Source: an uncultured Collinsella sp. (GTDB lineage: Bacteria; Actinomycetota; Coriobacteriia; Coriobacteriales; Coriobacteriaceae). Taken from it: a stretch of 63,981 nucleotides of DNA. Made by a program: the position numbers and the translations under genes. Shown piece after piece: positions 51,494 through 62,370 of this stretch (position 1 is the first letter of the stretch; each line of letters starts with the position of its first letter). The notes under the pieces were generated by a model, which did no database searches, was not told the origin of the DNA, and was given only the letters and a program-made list of their open reading frames with translations. The stretch spans positions 1-63,981 of the forward strand of contig UQTN01000001.1 in NCBI GenBank assembly GCA_900543945.1, read 5' to 3'.

Positions 51494-52188
51494 AACGCGC
51501 CTTTATGTCCGAGCTCGCCATCGTTCGCACGCTCGCCCCGAGCATCGCGGGCGTCGGCCTGTTCATCTTCGTCGTACTGGCCCTCGCCAACGCATCGGAT
51601 GGCGATTCCGGTATGAGCGCCGGCGCCTGCGCGGTCAGTGCCATGTCGCCCATCATGGTCATGAGTTCGCTGGCCGGCTTCGACAATCAAAACGGATGGG
51701 AGCGTTATCGGGCGACGCTGCCCATCTCGCGCAAAGACATCATCTGTGCACGCTACCTGAGCATCATTGCCTTCTCGGCCGTTATGACCTGCGCCGCCGC
51801 GCTTTTGAGCATCATCACCTTTCCGTTCTTCGATCACATGGGCATGCCCTCGACGGGACAGATCGTCTTTGAGACCACGATAGCCTCCGCCGCATCGATG
51901 CTCATCTCCCTCATGATGGTGTTTCTGGCACAGCCGCTGTTCTTTCGATTTGGACACATGGAGGCGCTGCGCCTTTCCGTCGGCCTGTTTGCCCTGCTCG
52001 GATGCCTTGCCATGGCCACACTGAGCTCCTCCAACCCCATCAGCAACTGGCTCATGTCGATTGCTGGGGCGAATCCCGATCCCGCCGTCCTCGGCTGCCT
52101 GTGCGCAGGAATTGCCGTACTGGCCCTCGTGCTCTTTGCACTGAGTTGCGCCATCAGTACCAAGGTCTATCGAGCACGCGACCTGTAG
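51490..52188 (+). CDS. ABC-2 type permease
   Basis: 6 TM segments; DNQNGWERYRATLPISRKDIICARY; ends RDL. Confidence 0.85.
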   Translation: MKRAFMSELAIVRTLAPSIAGVGLFIFVVLALANASDGDSGMSAGACAVSAMSPIMVMSSLAGFDNQNGWERYRATLPISRKDIICARYLSIIAFSAVMTCAAALLSIITFPFFDHMGMPSTGQIVFETTIASAASMLISLMMVFLAQPLFFRFGHMEALRLSVGLFALLGCLAMATLSSSNPISNWLMSIAGANPDPAVLGCLCAGIAVLALVLFALSCAISTKVYRARDL

Positions 52189-52256
52189 GCAAGCGCGGTA
52201 TCATCGGGCATGCGCCGCAGATCTGGCGCGGTCTTTTATGAGGAGGCGCTCAACCC

Positions 52257-53132
52257 GTGTCGTGGGTTACAGCAGCATTTGCATCAGCTTTCTTTGCCGG
52301 CATCACATCCATTTTGGCCAAATGCGGCATCAGGCACACCGACTCCGACGTTGCAACCGCCATCCGTACTTGCGTGGTGCTCGTATTTGCCTGGGCAATG
52401 GCGGGCATTTCTGGATCCATCGGAGCAATCGGCGCCATTCCCGCCAAAGCCTGGCTATTCCTCACCCTCTCGGGACTCGCCACCGGCGCCTCGTGGATCT
52501 GTTACTTTAAGGCGCTCAGCATCGGAGACGTCAACAAGGTTGCACCCGTCGACAAGATGAGCACCGTGCTCGCCGTGCTGATCGCCATAGTGCTTTTTGG
52601 TGAGACAGGCAACCTGGCGGTCAAGCTCGTGGGAACCGCAGTTATCACGCTCGGCACGTTTTTGATGATCGAGAAAAAGCAGTCCGTCGGCGCAGAGCAA
52701 AAGCAAGACCGAGCCTGGCTCGCTTACGCCCTCGGCGCCGCCGTGTTCGCGGCACTCACCTCCGTCCTCGCCAAGATCGGCATCGAAGGTGTCGAGTCAA
52801 ACCTGGCCACGGCAATCCGCACCTGTGTGGTACTTGTTATGGCATGGGCAATCGTGGCTGCCAAGGGAAAGCTGGAGCAGGTCGCGCGCATTGACCCGCG
52901 CGAACTCGCATTTCTTGCGGCATCGGGCATTGCGACCGGCGCGTCGTGGCTGCTGTACTACTACGCCATCGCTGCAGGCCAGGTGAGCGTCGTCGTGCAA
53001 ATCGACAAACTATCGATTGTCGTATCGGTGCTGTTCGCACGACTGGCCTTCAACGAAAAGCTGTCGCATCGAAGCGCCATCGGCCTTTTCCTCATCGTGC
53101 TGGGCACCGCCGCGCTCGCGATTTGGAAGTAG
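52257..53132 (+). CDS. EamA family transporter
   Basis: Two repeats of ILAK.GI...SDVATAIRTCVVL / LATGASW..Y..A / V.P/QIDKLS. Confidence 0.88.
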   Translation: MSWVTAAFASAFFAGITSILAKCGIRHTDSDVATAIRTCVVLVFAWAMAGISGSIGAIGAIPAKAWLFLTLSGLATGASWICYFKALSIGDVNKVAPVDKMSTVLAVLIAIVLFGETGNLAVKLVGTAVITLGTFLMIEKKQSVGAEQKQDRAWLAYALGAAVFAALTSVLAKIGIEGVESNLATAIRTCVVLVMAWAIVAAKGKLEQVARIDPRELAFLAASGIATGASWLLYYYAIAAGQVSVVVQIDKLSIVVSVLFARLAFNEKLSHRSAIGLFLIVLGTAALAIWK

Positions 53133-53226
53133 CGTCGGTGTCAGGCGAGATTCAGTCCACCCGCAAATCCGTGACACAGCGCCCACACCGGGCTTGAGAT
53201 GTTTGTATTGCCCGCGCGCTACCGTG

Positions 53227-54531
53227 CTACTTGCGCAGCGGCTTGGGCAGCGGAATGCCCGCCGCGATGACGGCGGCGATGATCATGCAGACGATACCCT
53301 TGAGCGGGAAGCACATGAGCAGCAGGCCCACAACCATGACCGGCTGACGCATAACGACGCCCATCGTCGAGGCGGTGCAGACGGCGACGCAAAAGACCGG
53401 ATCGGCGCCGGTGAGGATGGCAAGACCATAGCCCAGGCTCACACCCGAGAAGATAACCGGGAAGAAGTGGCCGCCACGCCAACCAAGGTTGATGAGGGCG
53501 GGCGTCAGCATGGCCTTAACAAGACCGGTCGCGATAAGCACGCCGGCGGGAATGGTCAGATAGGTCTCCATGAGCACGTCGGCTTGGGTCTCGCCGGCAA
53601 ACATGGTGTAGGGCAGAGCCGTACCGCAGGCGGCAAGTACCAGACCGGCCAGCATTGCCTTAACGACAGGACGCTCTCCTATGGCCCGGGCAAACGTTTC
53701 GCTCGCGTGCTCAGAGACAAAGTACAGCCAGCCGCATACGGTGCCGACCAACGCCAGCGGAATGAGCCAGACAAGTTCCAGGTTGCCCACCTGAGCGGAC
53801 TCGAACCTGGTCATGCCCATGCCGCCGCCCATAAGCTGGCCGAGCAGCAGGTAGGTACCCAGACCGCCGGCAATCGCGATGCCGTAGACCACGGTCTTTT
53901 GCGCCTTGGGCAGCTTGATGGTGATCTCGTCGGAGGCGGAATCCTCGTCTTCGTTGGCACCCTGACCGTCAGCACTTCCGGCGAGCGGCGCCACAAAGCC
54001 AAACACGGGCGCGGTAAAGAGTGCCGTCAGAGCAGCCTGGGTGCCCAGCAGCGTGAGCTCCCTAAACTCAGCTCCAAAGCGACGCATGCGGTCGCCGACC
54101 CAGCTGCACAGACCCGCGATAACGCCGGTCAGGCCGGCCTCCGGTCCAATGCTTCCGCCAAACAGCAGCGGCAGCAACGCCGCGAGCGAAAGCTTGCCCA
54201 GGTTGTCGTACGGATAGCGACCGTCTTGCTTAACCTTGGCCATTACCTGGTTGAGGTCATCGGTCTTGGTGCCCGTCATCTTTTCGTACAGGCCGATCAG
54301 CAGGCCGCCCAGCAGGCAGACGAAAAACGGATACGGCAAAAACCCGAACGGGCCGCTCGCGAGCTCGGGTGAAGCGACGCCCAGCATATGCGGGATCTCG
54401 GTCCATAGATAGTCGATACCGCGCTCCATCGCAAAGAAGAACAGCCAGACCGCGGTGCCCGCAAACGCACCGGTCGCAGCCACGCTCACTAAGAACAGCG
54501 CACGGTTTTTGGGTTTTGCAAGGGTATCCAT
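53227..54531 (-). CDS. Chloride channel (ClC) family protein
   Basis: GGSIGPEAG, GWRGGHFFP, FAGE motifs; many TM segments. Confidence 0.8.
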   Translation of the reverse strand: MDTLAKPKNRALFLVSVAATGAFAGTAVWLFFFAMERGIDYLWTEIPHMLGVASPELASGPFGFLPYPFFVCLLGGLLIGLYEKMTGTKTDDLNQVMAKVKQDGRYPYDNLGKLSLAALLPLLFGGSIGPEAGLTGVIAGLCSWVGDRMRRFGAEFRELTLLGTQAALTALFTAPVFGFVAPLAGSADGQGANEDEDSASDEITIKLPKAQKTVVYGIAIAGGLGTYLLLGQLMGGGMGMTRFESAQVGNLELVWLIPLALVGTVCGWLYFVSEHASETFARAIGERPVVKAMLAGLVLAACGTALPYTMFAGETQADVLMETYLTIPAGVLIATGLVKAMLTPALINLGWRGGHFFPVIFSGVSLGYGLAILTGADPVFCVAVCTASTMGVVMRQPVMVVGLLLMCFPLKGIVCMIIAAVIAAGIPLPKPLRK

Positions 54532-54656
54532 CGGGACCTCCCGTGGTCAAATCGACAAAGATACGTTTTATTGTAGGACGAGCAGGCCTCGGGCGGGCTA
54601 ACCATCTACGCCGCGAACGGTGCCGTTGGGTGCCGCACGAGCGATGAGCCTAAGGC

Positions 54657-55190
54657 TTAGGCGCCGATAATCGATGCGATTTGACGCAGGTCGTCGGCAA
54701 AGTAGATGCCGGTCTGGCGCTGCGGGCTCGATAGGCCCTTGTCGATCATGCGCCCGAGCAGCGACTTAAGATCGTTGTAGTAGCCCCCGAGGTTGTACAG
54801 GATGCACGGCGCATCGAGATGCCCCAACGACACGGCGGACATGACCTCGGCAATCTCCTCGAGCGTGCCCGTACCGCCCGGGAAGGCGATGAACGCGTCG
54901 CCGAGCTCGATCATCTTGGCCTTACGCTCGGCCATGTCACTCGTCACGATGAGATCGTCAATACCGTCGTGTTGAAACTCTGCCTCGATAAAAAAGCTCG
55001 GCTCAACGCCCGTCACATGCCCGCCAGCATTGAGCACGCTATCGGCAAGCGCGCCCATCAGGCCCGACTTGGAGCCGCCGTATACCAGCGCGTGGCCGTT
55101 GGAGCCAATCCACGTGCCGAGCTCTCGCACTGCAGGCAGAAACGCCGGGTCGTTGCCGACGCTCGCGCCCAGGTATACCGTGATATTCAT
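54657..55190 (-). CDS. LOG family protein (TIGR00730 Rossmann fold)
   Basis: LVYGGSKSGLMG, MAERKAKM, FPGGTGTLEE. Confidence 0.9.
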   Translation of the reverse strand: MNITVYLGASVGNDPAFLPAVRELGTWIGSNGHALVYGGSKSGLMGALADSVLNAGGHVTGVEPSFFIEAEFQHDGIDDLIVTSDMAERKAKMIELGDAFIAFPGGTGTLEEIAEVMSAVSLGHLDAPCILYNLGGYYNDLKSLLGRMIDKGLSSPQRQTGIYFADDLRQIASIIGA

Positions 55191-55226
55191 ATTCAGTCCC
55201 CCTCGTCGTGACGCGCGTCGCCCGTT

Positions 55227-55652
55227 CTAGCGTTGGCGTCGGCGATATTCGCGCACACGGCGCGACAGGTCGGCGAGCTCGTCACGATCGAGCTCTTCCA
55301 AATGCTCGAGATCGTCCATAAAGCGCGCCATGGTGTCCTTTTGACGCATCTTGATGAGCGTGTTGCAGTAGTTCACCGCCACGCCCGTGAGCATGGCGAT
55401 GTAGAAGATGCTGATGACGCTCAAAACGACGGTGATAGCGCGGGCAACCGGCGTCTCGGCCGGGATATCACCGAAGCCGATCGTCGATACGGTCTCAAAG
55501 CTAAACCAGAGGCCGTCGCCAAACGTGAGGGTCGTGGGCTCGGACAGCCAGACGGCCGTCGAGCACAGCAGATAGAAGACGAGAAACAGGCCCGTGATGC
55601 GCGCAAAGCCAGCCTGGCGCAACACGTCAGCAAGCGTCCTCAACTTGTTCAT
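55227..55652 (-). CDS. Minimal two-TM potassium channel protein
   Basis: FGDGLWFSFETVSTIGFGD pore/selectivity filter. Confidence 0.85.
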   Translation of the reverse strand: MNKLRTLADVLRQAGFARITGLFLVFYLLCSTAVWLSEPTTLTFGDGLWFSFETVSTIGFGDIPAETPVARAITVVLSVISIFYIAMLTGVAVNYCNTLIKMRQKDTMARFMDDLEHLEELDRDELADLSRRVREYRRRQR

Positions 55653-55721
55653 CGCGACCTCTTTTCCCAGACGCCCAATCACATTCGCTCGGTATTGTCC
55701 CACGCCTCCCCCGCAAACGGA

Positions 55722-55781
55722 ACTAGTCATTGGGGACGTTCTTAAATGACTAGTCAAACAAGAACGTCCCCAATGACTACC
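55722..55781. repeat. REP-like family C inverted doublet sharing a central CTAG
   Basis: ACTAGTCATTGGGGACGTTCTTAAATGA-CTAG-TCAAACAAGAACGTCCCCAATGACTAC. Confidence 0.85.
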
Positions 55782-55865
55782 TGACCGTTTAGCGGTGCGG
55801 TGGCTGAGTGGGCAGGTTGAGCTGGTATCCTTATGTGATACTGTCTCGACTCGATAGGATTACAT

Positions 55866-58670
55866 GTGAAACCTTCCGCCATCCTTCGTTTGGCTCTATA
55901 TCGCACCCTAGCCGTCGCGGTTGCCGTACTCACCGTACTGAGCGCCGTCATGCCTGCCCCCGCCTTTGCCGCCGACTCCGACCACCAGGTCAAGACGGTC
56001 CGCGTTGGCTGGCTCGTCAACAACAAAGGCTTCCAGGAAGGCACGCCGGGCGAGCGCCTCTCGGGATGGGGCTACGAGTACCTCCAGACCCTCTCGTATT
56101 ACACAAAGGGCTGGCAATACGAATACGTTAGCGGCACCTTCTCCGAGCTTATGGACATGCTCGAGGCAGGCGAAATCGACCTCATGCCCAACATCTCGTA
56201 TTCGGCAGAACGCGAGCAGAAGCTGCTCTTTTCCTCAAATCCCGAGGGCACCGAGCGCTACTACATCTACGCCAGGCCCGACCGCGACGATCTGGCCAAG
56301 GGTGACCCCCAGGCGCTCCAAGGCCTCACCATCGGCTGCAACTCTGGCGTTATGCAAACTATCGTCGGCCAGCAGTGGCTCGCCGACGAAGGCGTCACCT
56401 GCACCTATAAAGAAATCGACACCGGCAGTGCCCTCTTTGAGGCGCTTGCAGACGGCGAGGTCGACGCCGTCATCATGAACGATACCATTTCGTCGCCCGA
56501 TGCGTCACCCATATTCTACGTAGGCTCGAGCGACTACTATTTTGCCGTTCCCAAAAGCCGCCCCGATCTGATGAACGACATCAACGCCGCCATGACGACC
56601 ATCGCCCGCGATAATCCGCGCTATAACGAGGAAGTCAAATCGAGTTACTCGACCCAAAACAGTGGCTCGTCATCGCTCACCGGCCCCGAGACCACCTGGC
56701 TCAAAGCAAACGGCAATACCATCACGCTCGGCTATCTTAAAAACCAACTTCCCTACTGCACGCAAAATGACGACGGCGAGATGGAAGGATCGCTCGCCTC
56801 GCTTGCAACGACGTTGCACGACAAGTTTGGTATTACGGTCAAAACAATCGCACTCTCGAACAACAAGCAAATGATCAAAGCCCTTTCCAACGGAACCATC
56901 GATGTCGCCCTGCCATTGTTTCGCGACTACTGGCTCGCCGAGCAGACAGGGGTCATCCAGTCAAACTCGATGGGAACGGTTTCGCTGACCGCCATTCACA
57001 GTGGCAAAAACCTGAACAGCGACCTTAAGAACATCGCTTGTACAAAGAGCACAATCGTTAACCGTTTTGAGCTCGAAAGTCTCTTCCCGAACGCAACAGT
57101 AACCGAGTACTCGAATGACGGCGAGGTGCTCAAAGCCCTCAATGAGGGGAAGGCACGTTGCATCATTGTCCCCAGCACGCGCCTGGAAACTCTCCGCGAC
57201 ACCCACGACATCGAGGATTTCGAAACACAGGAACTCACCAACACGGCGCAGCTATCGTGTTTAATTTCGCGCGGCAAGCCCGAGCTGCTGGGAATCATCA
57301 ATAAGGGCATCGTCAATGCAGGTGAATCGCTCTCTGCAAACAGCTATTTCCCCACATCGTACTCGGCGCAAGAATCGGACACGTTCCAGTTTTTCTATCG
57401 CAACAGCACCGCCATTGCGACTGTTATCATCTGCATCTTGCTCACCAGCATCGCCATCCTTGTCTGGTCGCTTTACCGCGCACAGGAGGAACGGCAGAAA
57501 GCTGATGCCGCCAACACCGCCAAAACCGCTTTCCTCACGCGCATGAGCCACGACATCCGCACGCCGCTCAACGGCATCCTGGGCCTTATCGAAATTGAGG
57601 AATTGAGAGAAGGCGACATGCAGGTCGCCCGCGAAAGCCGCGCCAAGGCGCGCGTTGCCGCCAATCACCTGCTGTCACTGATTAACGACATCCTCGAGAT
57701 GGGCAGGATCGAGGAGTGCAAAGTGACGCTCGAGCACGAATCATTCAACCTTAAAGAGCTGTGCGACAATGCGCTCGTACTGTGCAAGCTCCGCGCATCG
57801 GACCGCGGCATAACCATGCTCGACACCAGCGAGCCCTACGCTGTCGACCAATATATGATCGGCAGCCCCACCCATATTCGGCAGATCCTTGTCAACCTGC
57901 TCGACAACAGCATCAAGTACAACAAGCACGGAGGCACCGTCACGTTCTCATCGACCATCAAACCGGTCGACGACGAGCACGCCGTGTTTTGCTTTAGCGT
58001 CTCGGATACCGGCATTGGCATGACATCCGAGTTTTTGGCACACATTTACGAGCCGTTTGCCCAGGAAGGCGACGATGCGCGCAGCAAGTTCCAAGGAACC
58101 GGCATTGGCATGTCTATCGTCAAATCGCTCATCGATATGATGGGCGGCACGATTGAGATTTCGAGTGAGGTTGGCGTGGGGAGTACGTTTGACGTCCGGA
58201 TTCCGCTCGATATCGACAAGAACCCTCAGATAAAAGAATGTGCAGACACGCAGGTAAGCAGCTGCTCGCTCGCCGGCATGAACGTCCTTTTGGCAGAAGA
58301 TAACGAACTCAATGCCGAGATTGCCCAAGCTCTGCTCGAAAGCGAAGGCATCGTCGTGACTCGCGCCGCCGACGGCAACGAAACGGTCGATCTATATGTT
58401 GGTCGTCCCGCCGGCAGCTTCGATGCAATCCTGATGGACATCATGATGCCGGGCATGGACGGCTACGAGGCAACCCGGGCGATCCGCCTGAGCGAAAAGG
58501 CCGATGCGGCCGACATCCCCATCATCGCGCTCACCGCCAACGCCTTTGCCGAAGACGCCAAGGCGGCACACGACGCCGGCATGAACGCCCATCTGCCCAA
58601 ACCGCTCGACTTTAGCAAGCTCAAAAACATACTCGCCTATATCAAGAAAAACGGGGCTGTTTCGCTATAG
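55866..58670 (+). CDS. Hybrid sensor histidine kinase-response regulator with two extracellular solute-binding (family 3) domains
   Basis: Signal peptide; SBP domains; TM; FLTRMSHDIRTPLNGI; NLLDNSIKY, DTGIG, GTGIG; receiver LLAEDN...LMDIMMP...KP. Confidence 0.9.
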   Translation: MKPSAILRLALYRTLAVAVAVLTVLSAVMPAPAFAADSDHQVKTVRVGWLVNNKGFQEGTPGERLSGWGYEYLQTLSYYTKGWQYEYVSGTFSELMDMLEAGEIDLMPNISYSAEREQKLLFSSNPEGTERYYIYARPDRDDLAKGDPQALQGLTIGCNSGVMQTIVGQQWLADEGVTCTYKEIDTGSALFEALADGEVDAVIMNDTISSPDASPIFYVGSSDYYFAVPKSRPDLMNDINAAMTTIARDNPRYNEEVKSSYSTQNSGSSSLTGPETTWLKANGNTITLGYLKNQLPYCTQNDDGEMEGSLASLATTLHDKFGITVKTIALSNNKQMIKALSNGTIDVALPLFRDYWLAEQTGVIQSNSMGTVSLTAIHSGKNLNSDLKNIACTKSTIVNRFELESLFPNATVTEYSNDGEVLKALNEGKARCIIVPSTRLETLRDTHDIEDFETQELTNTAQLSCLISRGKPELLGIINKGIVNAGESLSANSYFPTSYSAQESDTFQFFYRNSTAIATVIICILLTSIAILVWSLYRAQEERQKADAANTAKTAFLTRMSHDIRTPLNGILGLIEIEELREGDMQVARESRAKARVAANHLLSLINDILEMGRIEECKVTLEHESFNLKELCDNALVLCKLRASDRGITMLDTSEPYAVDQYMIGSPTHIRQILVNLLDNSIKYNKHGGTVTFSSTIKPVDDEHAVFCFSVSDTGIGMTSEFLAHIYEPFAQEGDDARSKFQGTGIGMSIVKSLIDMMGGTIEISSEVGVGSTFDVRIPLDIDKNPQIKECADTQVSSCSLAGMNVLLAEDNELNAEIAQALLESEGIVVTRAADGNETVDLYVGRPAGSFDAILMDIMMPGMDGYEATRAIRLSEKADAADIPIIALTANAFAEDAKAAHDAGMNAHLPKPLDFSKLKNILAYIKKNGAVSL

Positions 58671-58711
58671 TTTGTGCTCAACCACCATGCGCAGTAGAAA
58701 GGAAGCCAACG

Positions 58712-59191
58712 ATGTTTAGGCCCTTACGTCGAAAGAAACGCGCCATCACCGACGAGAAAGCGCGCGAACTGCTCGCTACCTGCAAGCGCGGCGTCTTTGC
58801 CGTCAACGGCGATGATGGCTACCCCTATGCCATTCCCGTCAACTACTTCTTTGACGCCGAGCACGACAAGATTTATTTCCATGGCGCCAAGGCTGGCCAC
58901 AAGGTCGATTCACTCAGGCATGATGATAAAGTCTGCTTTACCGTTTACGGCAACGAGTGGTACAAGGACGGCGACTGGGCTCCCTACGTTATGAGTACCG
59001 TTGTCTTTGGTCGTTGTCGCCTGGTAGATGAAGCGCCCGCGTTTATCGAGGACAAAGTCCGTCAGCTCGCGCTTAGGTACTACCCTTCTGCCGAAGAAGT
59101 CGAGGAGGAGATCGCCAAAGACATAAAGGGCGTCCAGCTCTACGAGATTTCGATTGAACATCTTTGCGGCAAGCAGATTCATGAAAAGTAG
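58712..59191 (+). CDS. Pyridoxamine 5'-phosphate oxidase / NimA-like flavin-binding protein
   Basis: MFRPLRRKK, GYPYAIPVNY, YFHGAKAGHK, VCFTV. Confidence 0.85.
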   Translation: MFRPLRRKKRAITDEKARELLATCKRGVFAVNGDDGYPYAIPVNYFFDAEHDKIYFHGAKAGHKVDSLRHDDKVCFTVYGNEWYKDGDWAPYVMSTVVFGRCRLVDEAPAFIEDKVRQLALRYYPSAEEVEEEIAKDIKGVQLYEISIEHLCGKQIHEK

Positions 59192-59287
59192 CGAATGCGG
59201 AAAACGCGCTCGCTACCCTCTGCGCCCCATGTGCCCACGCATTTTGACGGCGTGGGCACATGGGGCAGCACTCGAATCGAGCGCCCC

Positions 59288-60499
59288 CTATACCCCAAAA
59301 ACGTAGCGGTCCAGGCGCTCACACGCCTCCTTTACCCGCGAAAGCGGCAGCGCCAGATTCACACGAATGTGGCAGGGCCCGTGGAACGGGCGGCCGTCCT
59401 GATACCCCACGCCCACGCGCGCCCCCTCGTCGAGCAGCCACTGAATATCGTGGCCATGCTCGCGACACCACTCGGTGCAGTCCAGAAACACCATGTACGT
59501 GCCCTGCGGACGCGAATAGCCCACACCCTCAAAATGCTCGTCCACGTAATTGCAGAAGTACTCGATATTGCCGGCAAGCACCTGGTTGAGCTCGTCCACC
59601 CACTCGTAGCCTTGCGGCTGGTAGGCACCGATAAGCGCATGCATGGAGAGGACGTTCATCTCGTTGTAGTGAGTCTTGTTGGACACGGCGCACACGCGGT
59701 CGCGCAGCGTCTCGTTGTAGATGATGTGGTAGCTGCCGACCAGGCCCGCCAGGTTAAACGTCTTGCTGGGCGCGTAGAGGGCAACCGTGCGCATACGGGC
59801 ATCCTCGCTCACCGACTGCGTCGGGATATGCTTGTGACCGGGCAGGATGATGTCGGACCAGATCTCGTCCGAGATCACCACGCAATCGTGCTGACGATAG
59901 ATGTCCATGGCACGTTCGATCTCGTCGCGCCCCCATACGCGGCCGCAGGGATTGTGCGGCGAGCAGAACACCGCGGCATGGATGTGGTTTTGGGCGAGCT
60001 TTCGCTCCATGTCCTCAAAGTCCATGCGCCACACGCCCCGATCGTCGAGCTTAAGCGGGCTGTGGACAATGCGATAGCCCGCGGCTTCGATAGACTTGGT
60101 AAAGCCGATGTAGGTGGGACTGTGGACCAGTACCGCATCGCCCGGCTGGACATATGCACGCAGCGTCGACACGACACCGCCCAGCACGCCGTTTTCGTAG
60201 CCGATATGCTCCGGCGCCAAGCCCTCAACGCCGTTGCGACGGCTTTGCCATTCGATGATGCGGTCGAAGTACTCGTCACGCGGATTGAAATAGCCAAACA
60301 TGGGATGCTGGGCGCGCTGAATGATGTGTTCCTGAACCGTGGGCACCGTGGCAAAATTCATATCCGCCACCCACATGGGGATGCGGTCGAAGCCCTCGTC
60401 GGGTGCGTTCGGAGCCATGTCGGGAATTTCTCCCCAGGAGTCAACGGCGATGGCGTCCATACCGTGGCGGTCGATAAGCGAGGTAAAGTCGTATTTCAT
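59288..60499 (-). CDS. MalY/PatB-family PLP C-S lyase
   Basis: PMWVADMNF, CSPHNPCGRVW, SDEIWSD, APSKTFNLAGL. Confidence 0.88.
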   Translation of the reverse strand: MKYDFTSLIDRHGMDAIAVDSWGEIPDMAPNAPDEGFDRIPMWVADMNFATVPTVQEHIIQRAQHPMFGYFNPRDEYFDRIIEWQSRRNGVEGLAPEHIGYENGVLGGVVSTLRAYVQPGDAVLVHSPTYIGFTKSIEAAGYRIVHSPLKLDDRGVWRMDFEDMERKLAQNHIHAAVFCSPHNPCGRVWGRDEIERAMDIYRQHDCVVISDEIWSDIILPGHKHIPTQSVSEDARMRTVALYAPSKTFNLAGLVGSYHIIYNETLRDRVCAVSNKTHYNEMNVLSMHALIGAYQPQGYEWVDELNQVLAGNIEYFCNYVDEHFEGVGYSRPQGTYMVFLDCTEWCREHGHDIQWLLDEGARVGVGYQDGRPFHGPCHIRVNLALPLSRVKEACERLDRYVFGV

Positions 60500-60611
60500 G
60501 CTGAGCTCCCGTGCAAAGCGGATTGTTTCGGTAGGCGTTATTGTCCACCAGCGTGGGCGGTTTTGGGGCGGAGTTTGGCGCTTAATTTGACGGGTGCGGA
60601 CGAATGGCTGG

Positions 60612-61349
60612 TTAGTCTCGCGCGTCGTTGATGGCGGTTATCGTCAACCTGGTTCCGTCGACCGTAAACGATATGTCAAGCCCAGCGTAAGCCAAATGGT
60701 AAACGCGGTTTGGCTCGTGTTTGCTGCCCGCACGGCGCGGATCTTGGCGGAGCACCTCGATCAAGCCGGGGAGCTTTGTGTCCGGGACCATGTCCCGCAG
60801 CGCTTGCGGGAGCTCGACATCGAGCTCTTGCCATGGCGCGTCCTCAATCCAGCCGCCCGTCGCATCCGGGTGACAGTCCGCAAACGGAATGTAAGGCTTA
60901 ATGTCGTAGATGGGCGTACCGTCGCGCAGGTCGGCCCCCAGCACATGGATGATGGGACCATCGTCGGTGAGCTCGACACGATCAAGCTTGACGCAGGTGA
61001 GCCCGATGGGATTAGGGCGAAACGGACTGCGCGTGGCAAACACGCCCACGCGTTCGGCTCCACCCAGACGCGGCGGGCGCACGGTTTTCGACCATTTTGC
61101 GTTGGTGCCGGACCTATCCTGCGACTTGGCATCGGCGGCTATGTCCTGAGCCGTGCCGCCGGGCGTTCCGTTTTCGAAGCGCCACAGCAGCCATAGGTGA
61201 GAGAAAGAATCCAGGCCCTCAACCGCTGCGTTGGAGGCAAATTCCGGCTCAAAGACGATGCGCCCCTGCAGATGGGGCGCCAAAAAACTGTTGCGCGGAA
61301 TGCCGAACTTCTGCGGCAGGTCGGTATGTATGTGTGCGATAGGTTCCAT
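60612..61349 (-). CDS. tsaA: tRNA t6A37 N6-methyltransferase TrmO/TsaA
   Basis: KFGIPR, TVRPPRLGG..RVGVFATRSPFRPNPIGL, GADLRDGTPIYDIKPY, QDPR. Confidence 0.88.
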   Translation of the reverse strand: MEPIAHIHTDLPQKFGIPRNSFLAPHLQGRIVFEPEFASNAAVEGLDSFSHLWLLWRFENGTPGGTAQDIAADAKSQDRSGTNAKWSKTVRPPRLGGAERVGVFATRSPFRPNPIGLTCVKLDRVELTDDGPIIHVLGADLRDGTPIYDIKPYIPFADCHPDATGGWIEDAPWQELDVELPQALRDMVPDTKLPGLIEVLRQDPRRAGSKHEPNRVYHLAYAGLDISFTVDGTRLTITAINDARD

Positions 61350-61491
61350 GCCGGTCATTGTACGGCATGAAGGTGTGAGGCGTCGTGCGCAATTCTTTGT
61401 CGCGGTCCCCCGTCGTGCAACCAACGGTTGCTTGGAAGGGCGTCTGCCGCCGCGTATGCTTAAAGCCATCAACCAGCAGAAAGGAGCCGCT

Positions 61492-62319
61492 ATGGCCTTC
61501 GCAGAAAAGCTCATTGCTGTCCGTCGCGCCCATCACCTAACTCAGGAGCAGCTCGCCGCCAAGCTCTTCGTCACACGCCAAGCCGTCAGCCGTTGGGAGC
61601 GCGGCGAGGTCACACCGGGCATCGACATGATGAAGCTCATTGCCGCCGTGACCGGCGAGCCACTGTCTCATCTGCTCGAAATGCCCGAGTACTATTGTCA
61701 GAGCTGCGGCATGATACTCACGCCCGACGACTGCGGTACCGATGCTCACGGCGCAACGACCGACCATTACTGCAAGTGGTGCTACGACCACGGCAAGTAC
61801 ACCTACGAGACCACGATGGAGGCAATGATCGAGGACTGCGCTCCGCGTCTGGCGCAAAACACCGGCATGTCGCTCGACGAGGCAGTCTCGCTCATGGGTG
61901 CCGTGCTGCCGCAACTGGAGCGCTGGCGTACCGTGCAGGAAAACGAGGAGCGCTACGGCGCCGAGGCACGGGCGCGCTATGGCGATGAGGCTATCGATGC
62001 AGCAAACGAAACGTTACTGGACATGGATCCCCAGACATGGAACGACATGAAGGAACTCGAGCGTGCCATTCTGGGTCAGCTCTCGATTGCCATGGGCGAC
62101 GGCGATCCAAAGAGTAACGAAGCCCGCAAGCTTGTCGCAATGCACCGCCGATGGATTGGCCTTAACTGGGGACACGAGCCCCAGGACGAAGCATACCTGG
62201 GCCTCGCCAATGGTTATCTTGCCGACCAGCGCTTTGTTGACTACTACGACAACCCCTGCGGCACCGGAGCCACAGCGTTTCTGGTACAGGCAATCGAGTC
62301 GTCGTTGACGCGTGCATAG
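61492..62319 (+). CDS. XRE HTH - zinc ribbon - TipAS-like fusion regulator
   Basis: LTQEQLAAKLFVTRQAVSRWERG; CQSCGM...YCKWCY; EARARYG...HRRW...YLADQRFVDYYD...GATAFL. Confidence 0.8.
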   Translation: MAFAEKLIAVRRAHHLTQEQLAAKLFVTRQAVSRWERGEVTPGIDMMKLIAAVTGEPLSHLLEMPEYYCQSCGMILTPDDCGTDAHGATTDHYCKWCYDHGKYTYETTMEAMIEDCAPRLAQNTGMSLDEAVSLMGAVLPQLERWRTVQENEERYGAEARARYGDEAIDAANETLLDMDPQTWNDMKELERAILGQLSIAMGDGDPKSNEARKLVAMHRRWIGLNWGHEPQDEAYLGLANGYLADQRFVDYYDNPCGTGATAFLVQAIESSLTRA

Positions 62320-62370
62320 ACCGCGGCGGCTTTGGGTATTTCAATCGAAACCTCAACCGATTGGAGACCT

